In this document: positions 1 through 10,478 of the stretch, in pieces
Position numbering within the stretch: the stretch's first letter is position 1
Layout: every line of letters starts with the position of its first letter
Notes under the pieces: model-generated
What the model was told of the DNA's origin: nothing
Databases searched by the model: none
Seen by the model: the letters and a program-made list of their open reading frames with translations, nothing else
Position numbers and translations under genes: made by a program
Source of the DNA: a virus
Direction: 5' to 3' (one strand)
Virus record (IMG/VR): IMGVR_UViG_3300044641_004197
Span: 8,265 to 72,264 of that record
Length of the DNA stretch: 64,000 nt

Positions 1-601
1 CGTGTGCAAATATTGTATTTGTTAATCTATAAGAATCTGCCCATCTAGCATCTTTGTTTTGCAATTCTTTAAAATTATTTTCCCAGTTAAATGGATATTT
101 AAATATCAAACCATTATAATGATTATTTAAATCTAAAAATAAATCGGGTCTTAATTTAAACACTAAATCATATGAAATATTATTTTCAATTTCATATTGT
201 TCCATCAATTTAACACCTTCTTCAAAACTGTGATATTGATATAATCGTTGAAAGTCATTATTATATTTTTCATTTGCACACCAAAATACAAATTTGTCAT
301 CTTGATAATTTTCAACTTTCGATTTTATATTATCATAATTAGTTTCTATAACTAATTTTTTAGGTTTTAATATGTTATTAATATTGTTGACATCTTCCGA
401 TGTCAATAAATTCTGAGAAAATTTTGTTTTATCAAAATTTAAATCGCAAGTTTTTTCATGAGTGTGGACGAAGAAATCAGCTTTTACGTCAATCTCGTCA
501 TCACTATAATTAAAATATTTATTAAAAATATCTAAACAAACTTCACTATACTTTCTGTATCTTGATGATACAATCACAGCAACTTTAATTTCTTGCTTCA
601 T
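1..601 (-). CDS. Partial (runs off window) glycosyltransferase-like / glycan-locus protein
   Basis: Manual translation from ATG at 601: MKQEIKVAVIVSSRYRK...YDLVFKLRPDLF. It has the same N-terminal beta-strand and YDxVxxxRPD motif as ORF 21101..21880. Not in the ORF track because it is open at the window edge. Confidence 0.6.
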   Translation of the reverse strand, partial: MKQEIKVAVIVSSRYRKYSEVCLDIFNKYFNYSDDEIDVKADFFVHTHEKTCDLNFDKTKFSQNLLTSEDVNNINNILKPKKLVIETNYDNIKSKVENYQDDKFVFWCANEKYNNDFQRLYQYHSFEEGVKLMEQYEIENNISYDLVFKLRPDLFLDLNNHYNGLIFKYPFNWENNFKELQNKDARWADSYRLTNTIFAH

Positions 602-602
602 A

Positions 603-1646
603 TTATTTAATAGCTAATTCTCTATATGGTGTTATATTTCCCCATTTAACATTATATTTATCAAAATTAGGATGTCTTAACATATCCATAAATTCATTAT
701 ACTCTGGATGTTCTTCTTTATAAACCATAGCATTTGTAAAAAATGTAGATTCATACCAAGGATAAATTAAATATGGTGCCGGTGTAAATCCGTAATCGTT
801 TGCAAGTTCAACAAACTGAGGCAATTCTTTATAATTCTTCTGTTGTAAAATAAAAGACATTTCTACATAAAAAGTATATTTGTTTACTTCAATTTGTTCT
901 TTTAAGAATTTAGTATTATCATTTAATGCCTTCCAATTTCCACCTACACGTATTTGATTATAAGTTTCTTCTGTTGCAGCATCATATGAAATTAATATAT
1001 GAACTATGTTATTATGAATTCTACTAATTTTTTCCCAATATTTAGGTGTCATCATTACAGCATTTGTCTGCAAACCAATCTTTAAATTAGGATATTGTTC
1101 ACCATCAATGCTAAACAAAAACTCTCTATATAATTTTGCCGCAAAGGGATCACCTGATCCTGTTATGTTAATAGTTATAATTTTATCCGGATTATTCTTA
1201 ATAAGTTCTAGTAATTTAAATTGAAACTTTTCATTAAGTTCATAATCTTTAACATTTAAATGATGTGCAATTTTTTCAGGACGACAACTTGGACATTCTA
1301 AATTACAACTTCTGTCATTGCACAAGTGTATATATCCTGGGAGTTTATCATATTCCAAGATGTAATTATCGATAATGGATCGGATTTCTGCGTCTTCAGT
1401 ATCTCTATCAGGTAAAGTTCCTTCTTGAATATACGGACAAATTTCTTGTTTACAATATTTAAAATTTCCATCAAGTATTGATTTTCTAACATCTTTCGCG
1501 TCAGAACTATTCCAAACATCAAATATATTGTCCGTTCTCAATTTTCCTATATTTTTGTGAATATAACAACATTGAGTTGCATATTCGTCGCCTACCAACA
1601 AAAAATCCCACGGCGCTTTACAAAACTTTTTAGTTAAATCTTTCAT
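603..1646 (-). CDS. Radical SAM protein with N-terminal SPASM/twitch-like Cys domain
   Basis: CNLECPSC (CxxxCxxC), ITGSGDPF, LQTNA and SYDAATEETYNQIR motifs; N-terminal CKAPW...CC...IG...C...C pattern. Confidence 0.85.
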   Translation of the reverse strand: MKDLTKKFCKAPWDFLLVGDEYATQCCYIHKNIGKLRTDNIFDVWNSSDAKDVRKSILDGNFKYCKQEICPYIQEGTLPDRDTEDAEIRSIIDNYILEYDKLPGYIHLCNDRSCNLECPSCRPEKIAHHLNVKDYELNEKFQFKLLELIKNNPDKIITINITGSGDPFAAKLYREFLFSIDGEQYPNLKIGLQTNAVMMTPKYWEKISRIHNNIVHILISYDAATEETYNQIRVGGNWKALNDNTKFLKEQIEVNKYTFYVEMSFILQQKNYKELPQFVELANDYGFTPAPYLIYPWYESTFFTNAMVYKEEHPEYNEFMDMLRHPNFDKYNVKWGNITPYRELAIK

Positions 1647-1649
1647 ATA

Positions 1650-2030
1650 TTATTCTGTTTTTTCTTGTGTATAAATTTGATATAACGGATTGTTTTTATC
1701 AATTATTTTCCATATCTTCGATGTTTCGTCGCGGGTGACTACACATTCAATATTTATTTTAGTTAATTTTTTACTATCTATATCTTCTTCCAAATCAATA
1801 TATGATAAACATTTAATTATGTCTCCGTTAAATTCAACATCTATATATTTTTTACCAGCATACTCTTCAATCAAAGTTTCTGGCGCAACTTTCCACTTTT
1901 TTTCAAAATCATCATAATATACAAATGTTTGATTTGGTAATTTAACAACATCAAATCCATTGACATGTTTCAAATCGTCGATTGGAACTTTATAAACTGT
2001 ATTCTTGAAGTAAATTTCTTTTATACGCAT
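1650..2030 (-). CDS. Hypothetical protein
   Basis: 126 aa ORF tightly packed between neighbours. Confidence 0.7.
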   Translation of the reverse strand: MRIKEIYFKNTVYKVPIDDLKHVNGFDVVKLPNQTFVYYDDFEKKWKVAPETLIEEYAGKKYIDVEFNGDIIKCLSYIDLEEDIDSKKLTKINIECVVTRDETSKIWKIIDKNNPLYQIYTQEKTE

Positions 2031-2035
2031 AATAA

Positions 2036-4615
2036 TTATAACTTTTGATATATTTCAGAGTTGCTGAACTCAGAAACAAATGTTTCTAACATTATATTCT
2101 TTCTTAAATCAAAGTTCAACAAATAATTATGAGTCTGTCTAATCAAATCTAAATTTTTTAATTTATTTTCAGCCTCATTATAGTCGTTGAAATAAAATGG
2201 ATAGTCTTCTCCTAAATATTCAATGACTGCAGGATGTCGATTTATCAAAATTGGAGTAGCTCTTGCTATTGCTTCAATAATTGCATTATTGGCACTACTA
2301 TCATATAAGTCTAAAAATATAATATTTTCGGTCAATAATTTGTCATAGTCATCATTAGACAGATGATCCAATAAATTGACGGACTTAGTTTGATGTTCAG
2401 TTAATTCAATGTTATATAAAGCACGTTCTACTTTAGATAATCTGAATATAGTATCCTTACATTTATTATTTGGTAACAACCTTACTTTTTTATAAGGACT
2501 GTTTAGTAAATAAAAAGAATTTAGTTTTCTCAACCACCATCCAATATTAACTACCGATTTATCGTTGTTCTTTATAAAATTTTCAAAATTAAACTTGTTA
2601 TCTGGAATTTCAGTTGGATGATATAATACATTTATTGGTATATGTGAAATAATAGCTTTTAAGAAATTTGCATGATATTTCGACAATACATATAAACCTT
2701 TACAGTAAATTAAACTTTGTTTGAAATACTTATCATTTAATATAGAATTTGGATATGCACTATTATCACTAAACCAAGTAGGCATATTAGGTGGGTTATG
2801 AAAAAATCCAACCCATGGCTTTCTATATGGAATATTTTTCTTGGATATAAACTCTTCTTTTCTCCACACAAAAGCATTTTCCAAAAACCCATCAACAATT
2901 ATTCCACGGTTATTATGTAAATCAAACAATCCACCCAAAGCATAATCCCATCCAGATCTATGAGAATAGAATGAAATCTGGTTGTAATTTAAATTTATTT
3001 TACCACTTGGATTGTGTTTTGACGTTTTTATAAACATCTCACCATAGTTACCATACTCAGTCACAATTTTACCGCCTAATTCTAGGCTCCTGTTTGTTTT
3101 TAAATTCTCATAGTATTCAGGAGTAATATATCGAATAGAATCTATATTAAGAGTTCTTATGTTATCATTTTTATAATTTAAACTGATTGCATAAAGTTTA
3201 TATGACAACTCTCTAGTATCACTGCTATTATATGTAAGTGAAGGAACAAAATAGTTTTGCAATAGTTTTATTTTAGGACTTATTTTAGTTATTTCTAAAT
3301 TATTAGAACCCACACTAAAACTGTATTCTTTATTATTACAGTATAACTTACCCTCAAATTCCGCGATAAAATGTAGAGTAATAGAATTTATAGTGTTGTC
3401 AAACACATATATGTCGAGTTCTTTAGATATCCATTTGAAATGAGATTTTCCGTCATGTTCCAAATCATAAACACCTTCACCAATACAGATTGGGTTTTTT
3501 TGTAAAAATTTACCAAATTGATTATCCGTATTTTTTAACATCAATTTCGATACGTGATCCAAATCAACTATTGCCCATTTATACGATTCGTCAAAATTAA
3601 ACTTAGGAAATGAGGAAGAATTTACTGATTCTAAAGAGCAATTTACTAGTCCATCATAATTCTCGCCCAAATATTCTACATGACCACCAAATTTAGTAGT
3701 AATAATAGGTTTATTCAAATTAAAAGCATCAAATATACCTAATCCAAATCCCTCTGCTTTAGCCAACGAAATATAACAATCTCCGATATCATGTAAACTC
3801 TGTAATTCATCGAAGTTTAAATTTTCTTTAATAAAGGCTATAGGTGCATATTTTTTATTATTACATAACTTTATAGTTTCACTTATAGATTCAATACATT
3901 TCTTCTGTTCTTCTACTGAATGACCGTCTCTAAATGTTTTCAATAACAAAATAACACCATCATTTTCAGTGTATGTTTCGCAAAAAACCTTTACTAATTC
4001 TAATACGCCTTTTCTATCCGTTAATTGAGATATCGAATAAAACTTATAGGCATCTTCAAATTGTCTATCAAGGATAGGAGAATCTGAAAAAACAATTGAT
4101 TTTTTCTTTAAAAAATGTTCTAACTCATATCTTTTATAAGGATAGGAAACAAATATATGAGGATCTACTAATATAGGTTTCTTTACACCCGATTTAATAA
4201 ATGTAGTTTTATTCCATTCAGTAGGCACACTCACATAATCGACCGCACTATTATTTATAGAATCAACCCATTCAGGCACCAACTTTTCAAATTCCCAGAC
4301 AGTCCTTCCTATTAATACACCAGTATTTAACTTTAAATCACTAATCAGTTTAGGCCATATATCTGGTGTAGAATGAATAATAGTAGTATCTAGATTTTCT
4401 AATTCTATAGAAGTAGTCTTATTAATATAAATATCAAAGTTAGAGCTTTGATTTTTGTGGGATTCATCACATGCAAATTGTATTGATTTAACGTCTATTT
4501 TTTTATTTAAAAGTTCGTAAATATAACCTTTAGCCGCATTCGCATATCCGGATGTTCCAGACTGACATACATATAATACTTTATTTTTTATAAAATTCCA
4601 AGAACTATTATTCAT
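2036..4615 (-). CDS. Multidomain glycosyltransferase (GT4-like N-terminal domain, linker domain, second GT-B-like C-terminal domain)
   Basis: SGYANAA start, TVWE, EGFGLGIFDA and GGHVEY (GT4); C-terminal SANNAIIEAIARATPILIN. Confidence 0.8.
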   Translation of the reverse strand: MNNSSWNFIKNKVLYVCQSGTSGYANAAKGYIYELLNKKIDVKSIQFACDESHKNQSSNFDIYINKTTSIELENLDTTIIHSTPDIWPKLISDLKLNTGVLIGRTVWEFEKLVPEWVDSINNSAVDYVSVPTEWNKTTFIKSGVKKPILVDPHIFVSYPYKRYELEHFLKKKSIVFSDSPILDRQFEDAYKFYSISQLTDRKGVLELVKVFCETYTENDGVILLLKTFRDGHSVEEQKKCIESISETIKLCNNKKYAPIAFIKENLNFDELQSLHDIGDCYISLAKAEGFGLGIFDAFNLNKPIITTKFGGHVEYLGENYDGLVNCSLESVNSSSFPKFNFDESYKWAIVDLDHVSKLMLKNTDNQFGKFLQKNPICIGEGVYDLEHDGKSHFKWISKELDIYVFDNTINSITLHFIAEFEGKLYCNNKEYSFSVGSNNLEITKISPKIKLLQNYFVPSLTYNSSDTRELSYKLYAISLNYKNDNIRTLNIDSIRYITPEYYENLKTNRSLELGGKIVTEYGNYGEMFIKTSKHNPSGKINLNYNQISFYSHRSGWDYALGGLFDLHNNRGIIVDGFLENAFVWRKEEFISKKNIPYRKPWVGFFHNPPNMPTWFSDNSAYPNSILNDKYFKQSLIYCKGLYVLSKYHANFLKAIISHIPINVLYHPTEIPDNKFNFENFIKNNDKSVVNIGWWLRKLNSFYLLNSPYKKVRLLPNNKCKDTIFRLSKVERALYNIELTEHQTKSVNLLDHLSNDDYDKLLTENIIFLDLYDSSANNAIIEAIARATPILINRHPAVIEYLGEDYPFYFNDYNEAENKLKNLDLIRQTHNYLLNFDLRKNIMLETFVSEFSNSEIYQKL

Positions 4616-4646
4616 AACTTATATTGTATCAGATAAATAGATACCG

Positions 4647-5597
4647 TCATTTTAATTCTTTCAACAATCTAGCAATACAAGCCATGAAAGTAATTTCTTT
4701 ATTTACCACCAAACTACTCTGATGCAAATACTCCGCAATTGTCAAAATTGCCAATGTCTGTTTACCAGCCGCATATTCATCAACACGTTCAAATAACAAC
4801 TGATAAAGTTCATCGAATTGACGAAGACCTTCATCCGCAACCAATTGACGAATATCATTAAATGCAGTTGAAGGTTTAGTTCTCATTAATTCCATTAACT
4901 TAACCTTAATATCCTTACCAACCGAATCCATTTGATTGATCTTGATCTCCCCATTCAAAACACTCTGTTGGGAATAATTCAAAATCTTTCTGATATCTGG
5001 ATAATAAGCATTTACAATATATGCCAAATCGCCTGGAACATACTTAATCTGTTCTTTAGACAGAATATTACTTATATGGATTGCCACCTCTTTCTTACTA
5101 AGAGGTTCAATCTTATAAGTCTGACAACGAGACACCAACGCGGAAATAATCTTCTCTACATAATTACAAGTAAGGATAAACCGTGTAGTCAAACTATAGG
5201 TTTCCATCATATTACGAAGAGCCGCTTGAGCTTCTTGACTCAAGAAATCTGCCTCATCAAGAATGATAACCTTAAGTTTCTTAAATCCAGCACTACTAGC
5301 AAAACCCTTGATCTTATTACGAACGTTATCTACACTATTTTCGTCAGACGCATTTACATACAAAATATCACATTGAATGTTCTTGGTGATCGCTTTTGCC
5401 AGTGTAGTCTTTCCAGTTCCAGCAGTTCCATAAAATAACAAGTGTGGAACGTCTCCTTTATCGATAAAGGACTTAATAGTATCTTTTAATTGTTGATTTC
5501 CAATATAATTCTCTAAAGTAGTTGGACGATACTTCTCAACCCAAAGATAATGTGTATTTTCTGACGGTTTAACTTCTTCAAATTCAATAAAACTCAT
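4647..5597 (-). CDS. gp44: Clamp loader AAA+ subunit (RFC small subunit / T4 gp44-like)
   Basis: WVEKYRP, Walker A GTAGTGKT, NASD, ILDEAD and SRC motifs. Confidence 0.95.
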   Translation of the reverse strand: MSFIEFEEVKPSENTHYLWVEKYRPTTLENYIGNQQLKDTIKSFIDKGDVPHLLFYGTAGTGKTTLAKAITKNIQCDILYVNASDENSVDNVRNKIKGFASSAGFKKLKVIILDEADFLSQEAQAALRNMMETYSLTTRFILTCNYVEKIISALVSRCQTYKIEPLSKKEVAIHISNILSKEQIKYVPGDLAYIVNAYYPDIRKILNYSQQSVLNGEIKINQMDSVGKDIKVKLMELMRTKPSTAFNDIRQLVADEGLRQFDELYQLLFERVDEYAAGKQTLAILTIAEYLHQSSLVVNKEITFMACIARLLKELK

Positions 5598-5610
5598 ATA
5601 ATTAATAGTA

Positions 5611-5648
5611 AAATTGGCTTCTCTTACAACAGGTAAAAGAAGCCAATT
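5611..5648 (-). terminator. Stem-loop, probable intrinsic terminator
   Basis: AATTGGCTTCT...AGAAGCCAATT inverted repeat between the clamp and clamp loader genes. Confidence 0.5.
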
Positions 5649-5690
5649 CTTAATGATGTAGGTTTTCCTTTTCTGTTAACATCCAGTATA

Positions 5691-6428
5691 TCAGTCAACG
5701 TTCTTAGTTTCAACGATATAATAAACCGATGTAAAGTCTCCACAAACAAACTCAGCCGTAGCTAGTCCTGCATCGCTAACTTTAAGGACAGCGGTTTCAC
5801 AATCCTTATTAGCCATCAAGATTTCCTTGAAGTGGTTTGCGTTAAAATGAATAGTCTTAGACACGGTATCCTTACCTTCATTGGTATCAACCGACAACTT
5901 AACTCTGTTGGTATTAATGCTTGAATATCCCAAGACAAACTCCAACTTACCCTTCTTGTTCATCAAGAGTGTGAAAGTATCAACATCTGGAAGAGCATTC
6001 TTCGCCTGAATAAACCTACCAACAAACTCAGAAGTCAACTTGATCTCCACATTAAACGGAGGAACCTTCTTAAGAGGTGGTGCTGCCGGAATAACTGAAA
6101 GGTCAGCGGTAACATACTGAATATCAGTTTTGTCATCACTGAAGGTAATACTAGTCATCTTATCATTGACAATATCATAATTACCCTTGATTTCGTCATC
6201 CAATACATTCAACAACTTCAATAGTTTGGAAGTATCATTAATACCGATTTCAGAGTTATCCAACTCATCAAAATTGTTCTTTACAACTGACAATAATACA
6301 TTCTTGTCGTCAGTCAAAGCATTGACTTTAAGTGTCTTGGATGCGCTATCCACGATAATTCTAACCGATTCGATAGTTCCACCCAAATAATATTTGTTAA
6401 TGAACGTTTTTAGTGTTTCTTTTGTCAT
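5691..6428 (-). CDS. gp45: DNA sliding clamp (T4 gp45/PCNA-like)
   Basis: 245 aa acidic beta-rich protein between the clamp loader and PolB; EIGINDTSKLLKLL resembles gp45. Confidence 0.8.
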   Translation of the reverse strand: MTKETLKTFINKYYLGGTIESVRIIVDSASKTLKVNALTDDKNVLLSVVKNNFDELDNSEIGINDTSKLLKLLNVLDDEIKGNYDIVNDKMTSITFSDDKTDIQYVTADLSVIPAAPPLKKVPPFNVEIKLTSEFVGRFIQAKNALPDVDTFTLLMNKKGKLEFVLGYSSINTNRVKLSVDTNEGKDTVSKTIHFNANHFKEILMANKDCETAVLKVSDAGLATAEFVCGDFTSVYYIVETKNVD

Positions 6429-6453
6429 ATTTTTTATTTAATTGTATTCTACT

Positions 6454-6482
6454 ACTATACTTTATGGTTTCTTTATGGTCAA
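6454..6482 (-). promoter_or_regulatory. Sigma70-like promoter for the clamp
   Basis: TTGACC-17 nt-TATAGT on the minus strand. Confidence 0.55.
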
Positions 6483-6895
6483 CTTTTTATATCAAAATCA
6501 AAGAATTGTTTTGCAGTATCCGTATAATCGTCCGGTAAAATTATGCAGGGAGACCCGTCAACTTTATATAAATCATCTGGTGAAATATAAAAACATCCTA
6601 TCTTATAATCTGCATATGCTACACTTCTCATTTGATAATATACCTTTGCATTACAATCAGTTGTTCTAAACTCAATATAATATACCTTTGGGTCACTTAA
6701 TCTATATAATTGACTGGTTGGTATATACAATTTAGTATCAACGATTTGATTTTTATTGAATTCTACATACGGCCCCCTTTGTCCTATAACCACTCTGTTA
6801 TAACCATGGGAAATAACATATGGAACATTTACGCACAAAGGGATATTTGACCCATCCTCAATCGGAATGGTTAGCATTTCTTTATATTTACTCAT
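6479..6895 (-). CDS. Hypothetical phage protein
   Basis: 138 aa ORF in the replication operon. Confidence 0.75.
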   Translation of the reverse strand: MSKYKEMLTIPIEDGSNIPLCVNVPYVISHGYNRVVIGQRGPYVEFNKNQIVDTKLYIPTSQLYRLSDPKVYYIEFRTTDCNAKVYYQMRSVAYADYKIGCFYISPDDLYKVDGSPCIILPDDYTDTAKQFFDFDIKS

Positions 6896-6898
6896 AAC

Positions 6899-9442
6899 TT
6901 AAAATCCGAAAAACTCACTAGCTTTAGCTTCATCTTCATTAGGATACGACCAGTGTAATACTTCATAGAAATCAATTAGTTTACTCTTGAGTTCTTGTTC
7001 ATACATCGTATCTCTATCAATATACTTCTCAATGAAGTTCATTATTTGATCTGGATCGGTTCCATCCGCTTTCATAGCAAGACATTCGATACCATATTCA
7101 TTTTGTTTTAGATATACCCACTTAATTTTCTGACCGTGGAAGATCGGTGGAATGATCTTGGTAAGACCAAACTTCTCAAGCAAGTCATTATAATGTAAAG
7201 CCGCTTTAACTTGTGCAGGAGTTCCACTGATAATCTGAAAAGGCAATCTCTTCTTTGGATTGTAATCCTTTCGTTTATCTTGACTCTGGAACTTAACACT
7301 GGTGTTCTTAGCAATATCAATAACACTATATGTCTTCATATCCTCCTTAAACTGAAGAATATTCTTATTAATAGTCTCTTGTTCCACTTTCTTTAGAAGA
7401 TCAATCAAGAAACCTTTCATAAAAGTTCTGAACTTTGCTGGGAATGATGTTCTTACAACGTCAATACCTTTAACTTCAAGTTCATCACACACTACACCAC
7501 CCTTGTTGATGATGAACTGGGCATATCTCTTCTTAGCCAACCAAAAGGATGTCTTAGCAATCACTTCTTGTTTCGCATCAAATCTATGAGTCTTGATATT
7601 AAATAATCTCAATGCCATTATATCAAACATCTTGTTTACATATGTCTGAGCTTCGCCAGTAACCTTTAGAATAGCCTCAGTCATTTGAGTTTCATCATTC
7701 AAATCAATATCAGGCATAGTCTTTTGGATAATAGGCAATGCACTAGCAAAGCAACTATCAGTATCTACATAGATAACATAGTCTTTGTCGTTTGCATCTT
7801 CACCCAACGTATTTTTATAGTATTGGTTAATAGCCTTATTAGCAGTTTGAATGATACTAACACCACTCAAAGTAACTGCTTCCGCATTATCCTTATCATA
7901 AAAACGGAATACAGGCAAACCCAAACAGCCATAAATACTGTTAAGCAAAATCTTTTGAATCTTTTGTCGTTGATCATAAAACTCATATAATTCCCAGTTC
8001 TTTTCTTCAGCATACTTACTGGCCATCTTACGCATTTCTTTACGTTCATTGAACCACTTAATTAGAATATTTGGTATAGTTCCACACTCTCCGTTTTCCG
8101 GAGGTTGTTTATACATAGCACCATTACTTGCAATACTGAAATTATTATCAACCAGTAACTTTTTAAAATCATCACTATTATAACTTTGACCGGCAAGATA
8201 AACTGTAGGAAGATTTCCCCTCACAAATTCTTCAGCAGACCAATTTTCTGCTTTACCTACCTTAGTCTCTGGACTGATGTTAAGACTGATGATGATATTC
8301 GGATACATTGATGTAAGGTCCAAATCAAACACCCAATCATAACGGCCAGGAACAGGATCTTTAACAAATGCTCCTTCAAACCCTTCTTCATTTTCTTCAA
8401 GTCTCTGTTCGTATTCTTCACGTCCTTCTAAAGGTTTATTTGGAGCAACTTTCTTCTTTCTACGAAGATACATAAGAATAGCACCCTCAAGGTATCTTGA
8501 TGAAGTTCCAAACTGTTCATAAGAAACGTGACCGGTATGACAAATACCTCTAGCAAGATCGATAAATTGAAGTTTCTTGTCAAGAGCTACAACGATTTTA
8601 ACGTCATTCAAGTTATATTCGATATATTTGTTGATGTCTTCCTTATACAAATCATTCAAACTACCCTTATAACTGATCTTATCAATATTAACAACCTTCT
8701 TACCAATCGCACCTAGAGTATAACTAGGTTCATTCTTACCACTGAACTTCTTATATAGAATCAGATAATCCAAACAAGATACACCTGCAATAGTCATCTT
8801 TTCGGAAAACTTATTGAAATATGCAATACCAATCGGACTAATTCTCTTTGCGTTGGTTTCTCCAACAACACGTTTGGTTCTATTGTAGAGATAGGTCATA
8901 TCGAACCCATCAATGTTCCACCCAGTAACAATTGTAGGTCTGATTTCTTCCCACTTACTATAAAAATGTAACAACAATGATTCTTCATTGTCAAAACTTT
9001 TGATTTCAACATCTTCAGTTATACTATCTTGAAGTTTACATTCTTTATCTAGAATGAATGCAGTATACTTCTTTGTAGTAGAATCGTGAACAGCAATAGC
9101 TGTAATTTCTTTATCTCCTTGTTCAATAACAGGAAATCCACCCTCCGAACTCACTTCGATATCGATAGTAGCAACAGTATGACCTTTTGAAGGATTATCA
9201 CTATCTTCATACGCATCAATCAAAATACGAGTCTCCAGTGGAACATCACTCTCATACAATGACGGATCTCTCGGATTGAAATTGTAAACCTTCTCTAACT
9301 TATCTCCATAAATGCTCGTATATGTTCCACTTGCACTCTTTCTATAGGCATAATTTCTAAATGGAAACTTAAGGTATCCTTTTTCATCATCCCACAAATG
9401 GATTTGGTTGTCTTTTCTATCAATAAAGATGTTCTGATACAT
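6899..9442 (-). CDS. gp43: Family B DNA polymerase (T4 gp43-like)
   Basis: Exonuclease motifs DIEV, GWNIDGFD and YNLND; polymerase motifs DLTSMYP, KILLNSIYG, YVDTDS and KKRY. Confidence 0.97.
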   Translation of the reverse strand: MYQNIFIDRKDNQIHLWDDEKGYLKFPFRNYAYRKSASGTYTSIYGDKLEKVYNFNPRDPSLYESDVPLETRILIDAYEDSDNPSKGHTVATIDIEVSSEGGFPVIEQGDKEITAIAVHDSTTKKYTAFILDKECKLQDSITEDVEIKSFDNEESLLLHFYSKWEEIRPTIVTGWNIDGFDMTYLYNRTKRVVGETNAKRISPIGIAYFNKFSEKMTIAGVSCLDYLILYKKFSGKNEPSYTLGAIGKKVVNIDKISYKGSLNDLYKEDINKYIEYNLNDVKIVVALDKKLQFIDLARGICHTGHVSYEQFGTSSRYLEGAILMYLRRKKKVAPNKPLEGREEYEQRLEENEEGFEGAFVKDPVPGRYDWVFDLDLTSMYPNIIISLNISPETKVGKAENWSAEEFVRGNLPTVYLAGQSYNSDDFKKLLVDNNFSIASNGAMYKQPPENGECGTIPNILIKWFNERKEMRKMASKYAEEKNWELYEFYDQRQKIQKILLNSIYGCLGLPVFRFYDKDNAEAVTLSGVSIIQTANKAINQYYKNTLGEDANDKDYVIYVDTDSCFASALPIIQKTMPDIDLNDETQMTEAILKVTGEAQTYVNKMFDIMALRLFNIKTHRFDAKQEVIAKTSFWLAKKRYAQFIINKGGVVCDELEVKGIDVVRTSFPAKFRTFMKGFLIDLLKKVEQETINKNILQFKEDMKTYSVIDIAKNTSVKFQSQDKRKDYNPKKRLPFQIISGTPAQVKAALHYNDLLEKFGLTKIIPPIFHGQKIKWVYLKQNEYGIECLAMKADGTDPDQIMNFIEKYIDRDTMYEQELKSKLIDFYEVLHWSYPNEDEAKASEFFGF

Positions 9443-9449
9443 AATATAA

Positions 9450-9677
9450 CTAGTTTATACCCAATTTAAGTTTGAGACCAGTAAATTTATCCATGTGTTC
9501 TGGTTTTATAAATTTTTCACACTGCACTATTCTATCCACCAATCGGTTATGTTTGATCGAACAAAATAACCTTGGTTCCATTTCCCAAGACATTACAGAA
9601 GGATTTACTTTATTTACGATGAACCACAATAAAGACAATTCATCTTCGTTTAAGGATTCTAGTTGAGATAATGTCAT
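9450..9677 (-). CDS. Hypothetical protein
   Basis: 75 aa ORF with its own TTGATT-17-TATATT promoter. Confidence 0.65.
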   Translation of the reverse strand: MTLSQLESLNEDELSLLWFIVNKVNPSVMSWEMEPRLFCSIKHNRLVDRIVQCEKFIKPEHMDKFTGLKLKLGIN

Positions 9678-9708
9678 TCAACCAATATACCACACTAAAA
9701 ACAAGAAA

Positions 9709-10449
9709 TCAATTTATTTTAATACCAACGACTTTTTTATCGATTACCACAAATTTTATATTTTCGTTTTGTTTTTGTGTATCATTCAATGTAGAGGAGA
9801 AAAACTTAGATTCATCTTCTTCCATCTTACGAACATTAAATAAATGTTGTTTTCTAAACACCTCACCGTTTCTTCCCGTAAGTTTTGGTGCTTCTACTAC
9901 CACTACTATATCACCTGTCTTTAATGTGACCTCTTTTTTACTGAATGTATCAAGCAATTTGATTTCACCTTCAATCGAAGCAACAGTGACACTCTTCTCA
10001 TCTACTTTTATAAAATACTTACCCGATTTAGGCACAATAGTTGTCATCATAGTTCCCAATATTAAATTTGGATTCTTAACTACAACTTCTAATTCACCTT
10101 CCAACAAAGAAGACTGTAACTCACTTTCTGCATATATAATAGTTTCTGGTTGATTCTCTATGTTCTTTATTGGATGATCAAACGTATCTATTTGAATTTT
10201 AGTATTTTGATTTAACTTAAATAGTATATCATTGCTGAATACCACCGATGATTCGCCGTTCGTAGATGTAGATAAAGATATATTATTCGTATTTACATAA
10301 TAACTCTTACCAACAACAATTTCTATCTTTTCAATTTTATTATTTTTGACATTTTCTATTTCAGTTTCTTTTGATTTATTTATATAAAATGTTCCGTCGC
10401 CAAGTAACGTTAACGTAAAAAATATAAGTGATATAAAATGTTTGATCAT
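9709..10449 (-). CDS. Secreted FecR-domain-like protein
   Basis: N-terminal signal peptide; FSNDILFKLNQNTKIQI, LLEGEL and VASIEGEIKL resemble the FecR beta-strand pattern. Confidence 0.6.
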   Translation of the reverse strand: MIKHFISLIFFTLTLLGDGTFYINKSKETEIENVKNNKIEKIEIVVGKSYYVNTNNISLSTSTNGESSVVFSNDILFKLNQNTKIQIDTFDHPIKNIENQPETIIYAESELQSSLLEGELEVVVKNPNLILGTMMTTIVPKSGKYFIKVDEKSVTVASIEGEIKLLDTFSKKEVTLKTGDIVVVVEAPKLTGRNGEVFRKQHLFNVRKMEEDESKFFSSTLNDTQKQNENIKFVVIDKKVVGIKIN

Positions 10450-10478
10450 AATTAGTTGTAGTATATACTATCATAAAT

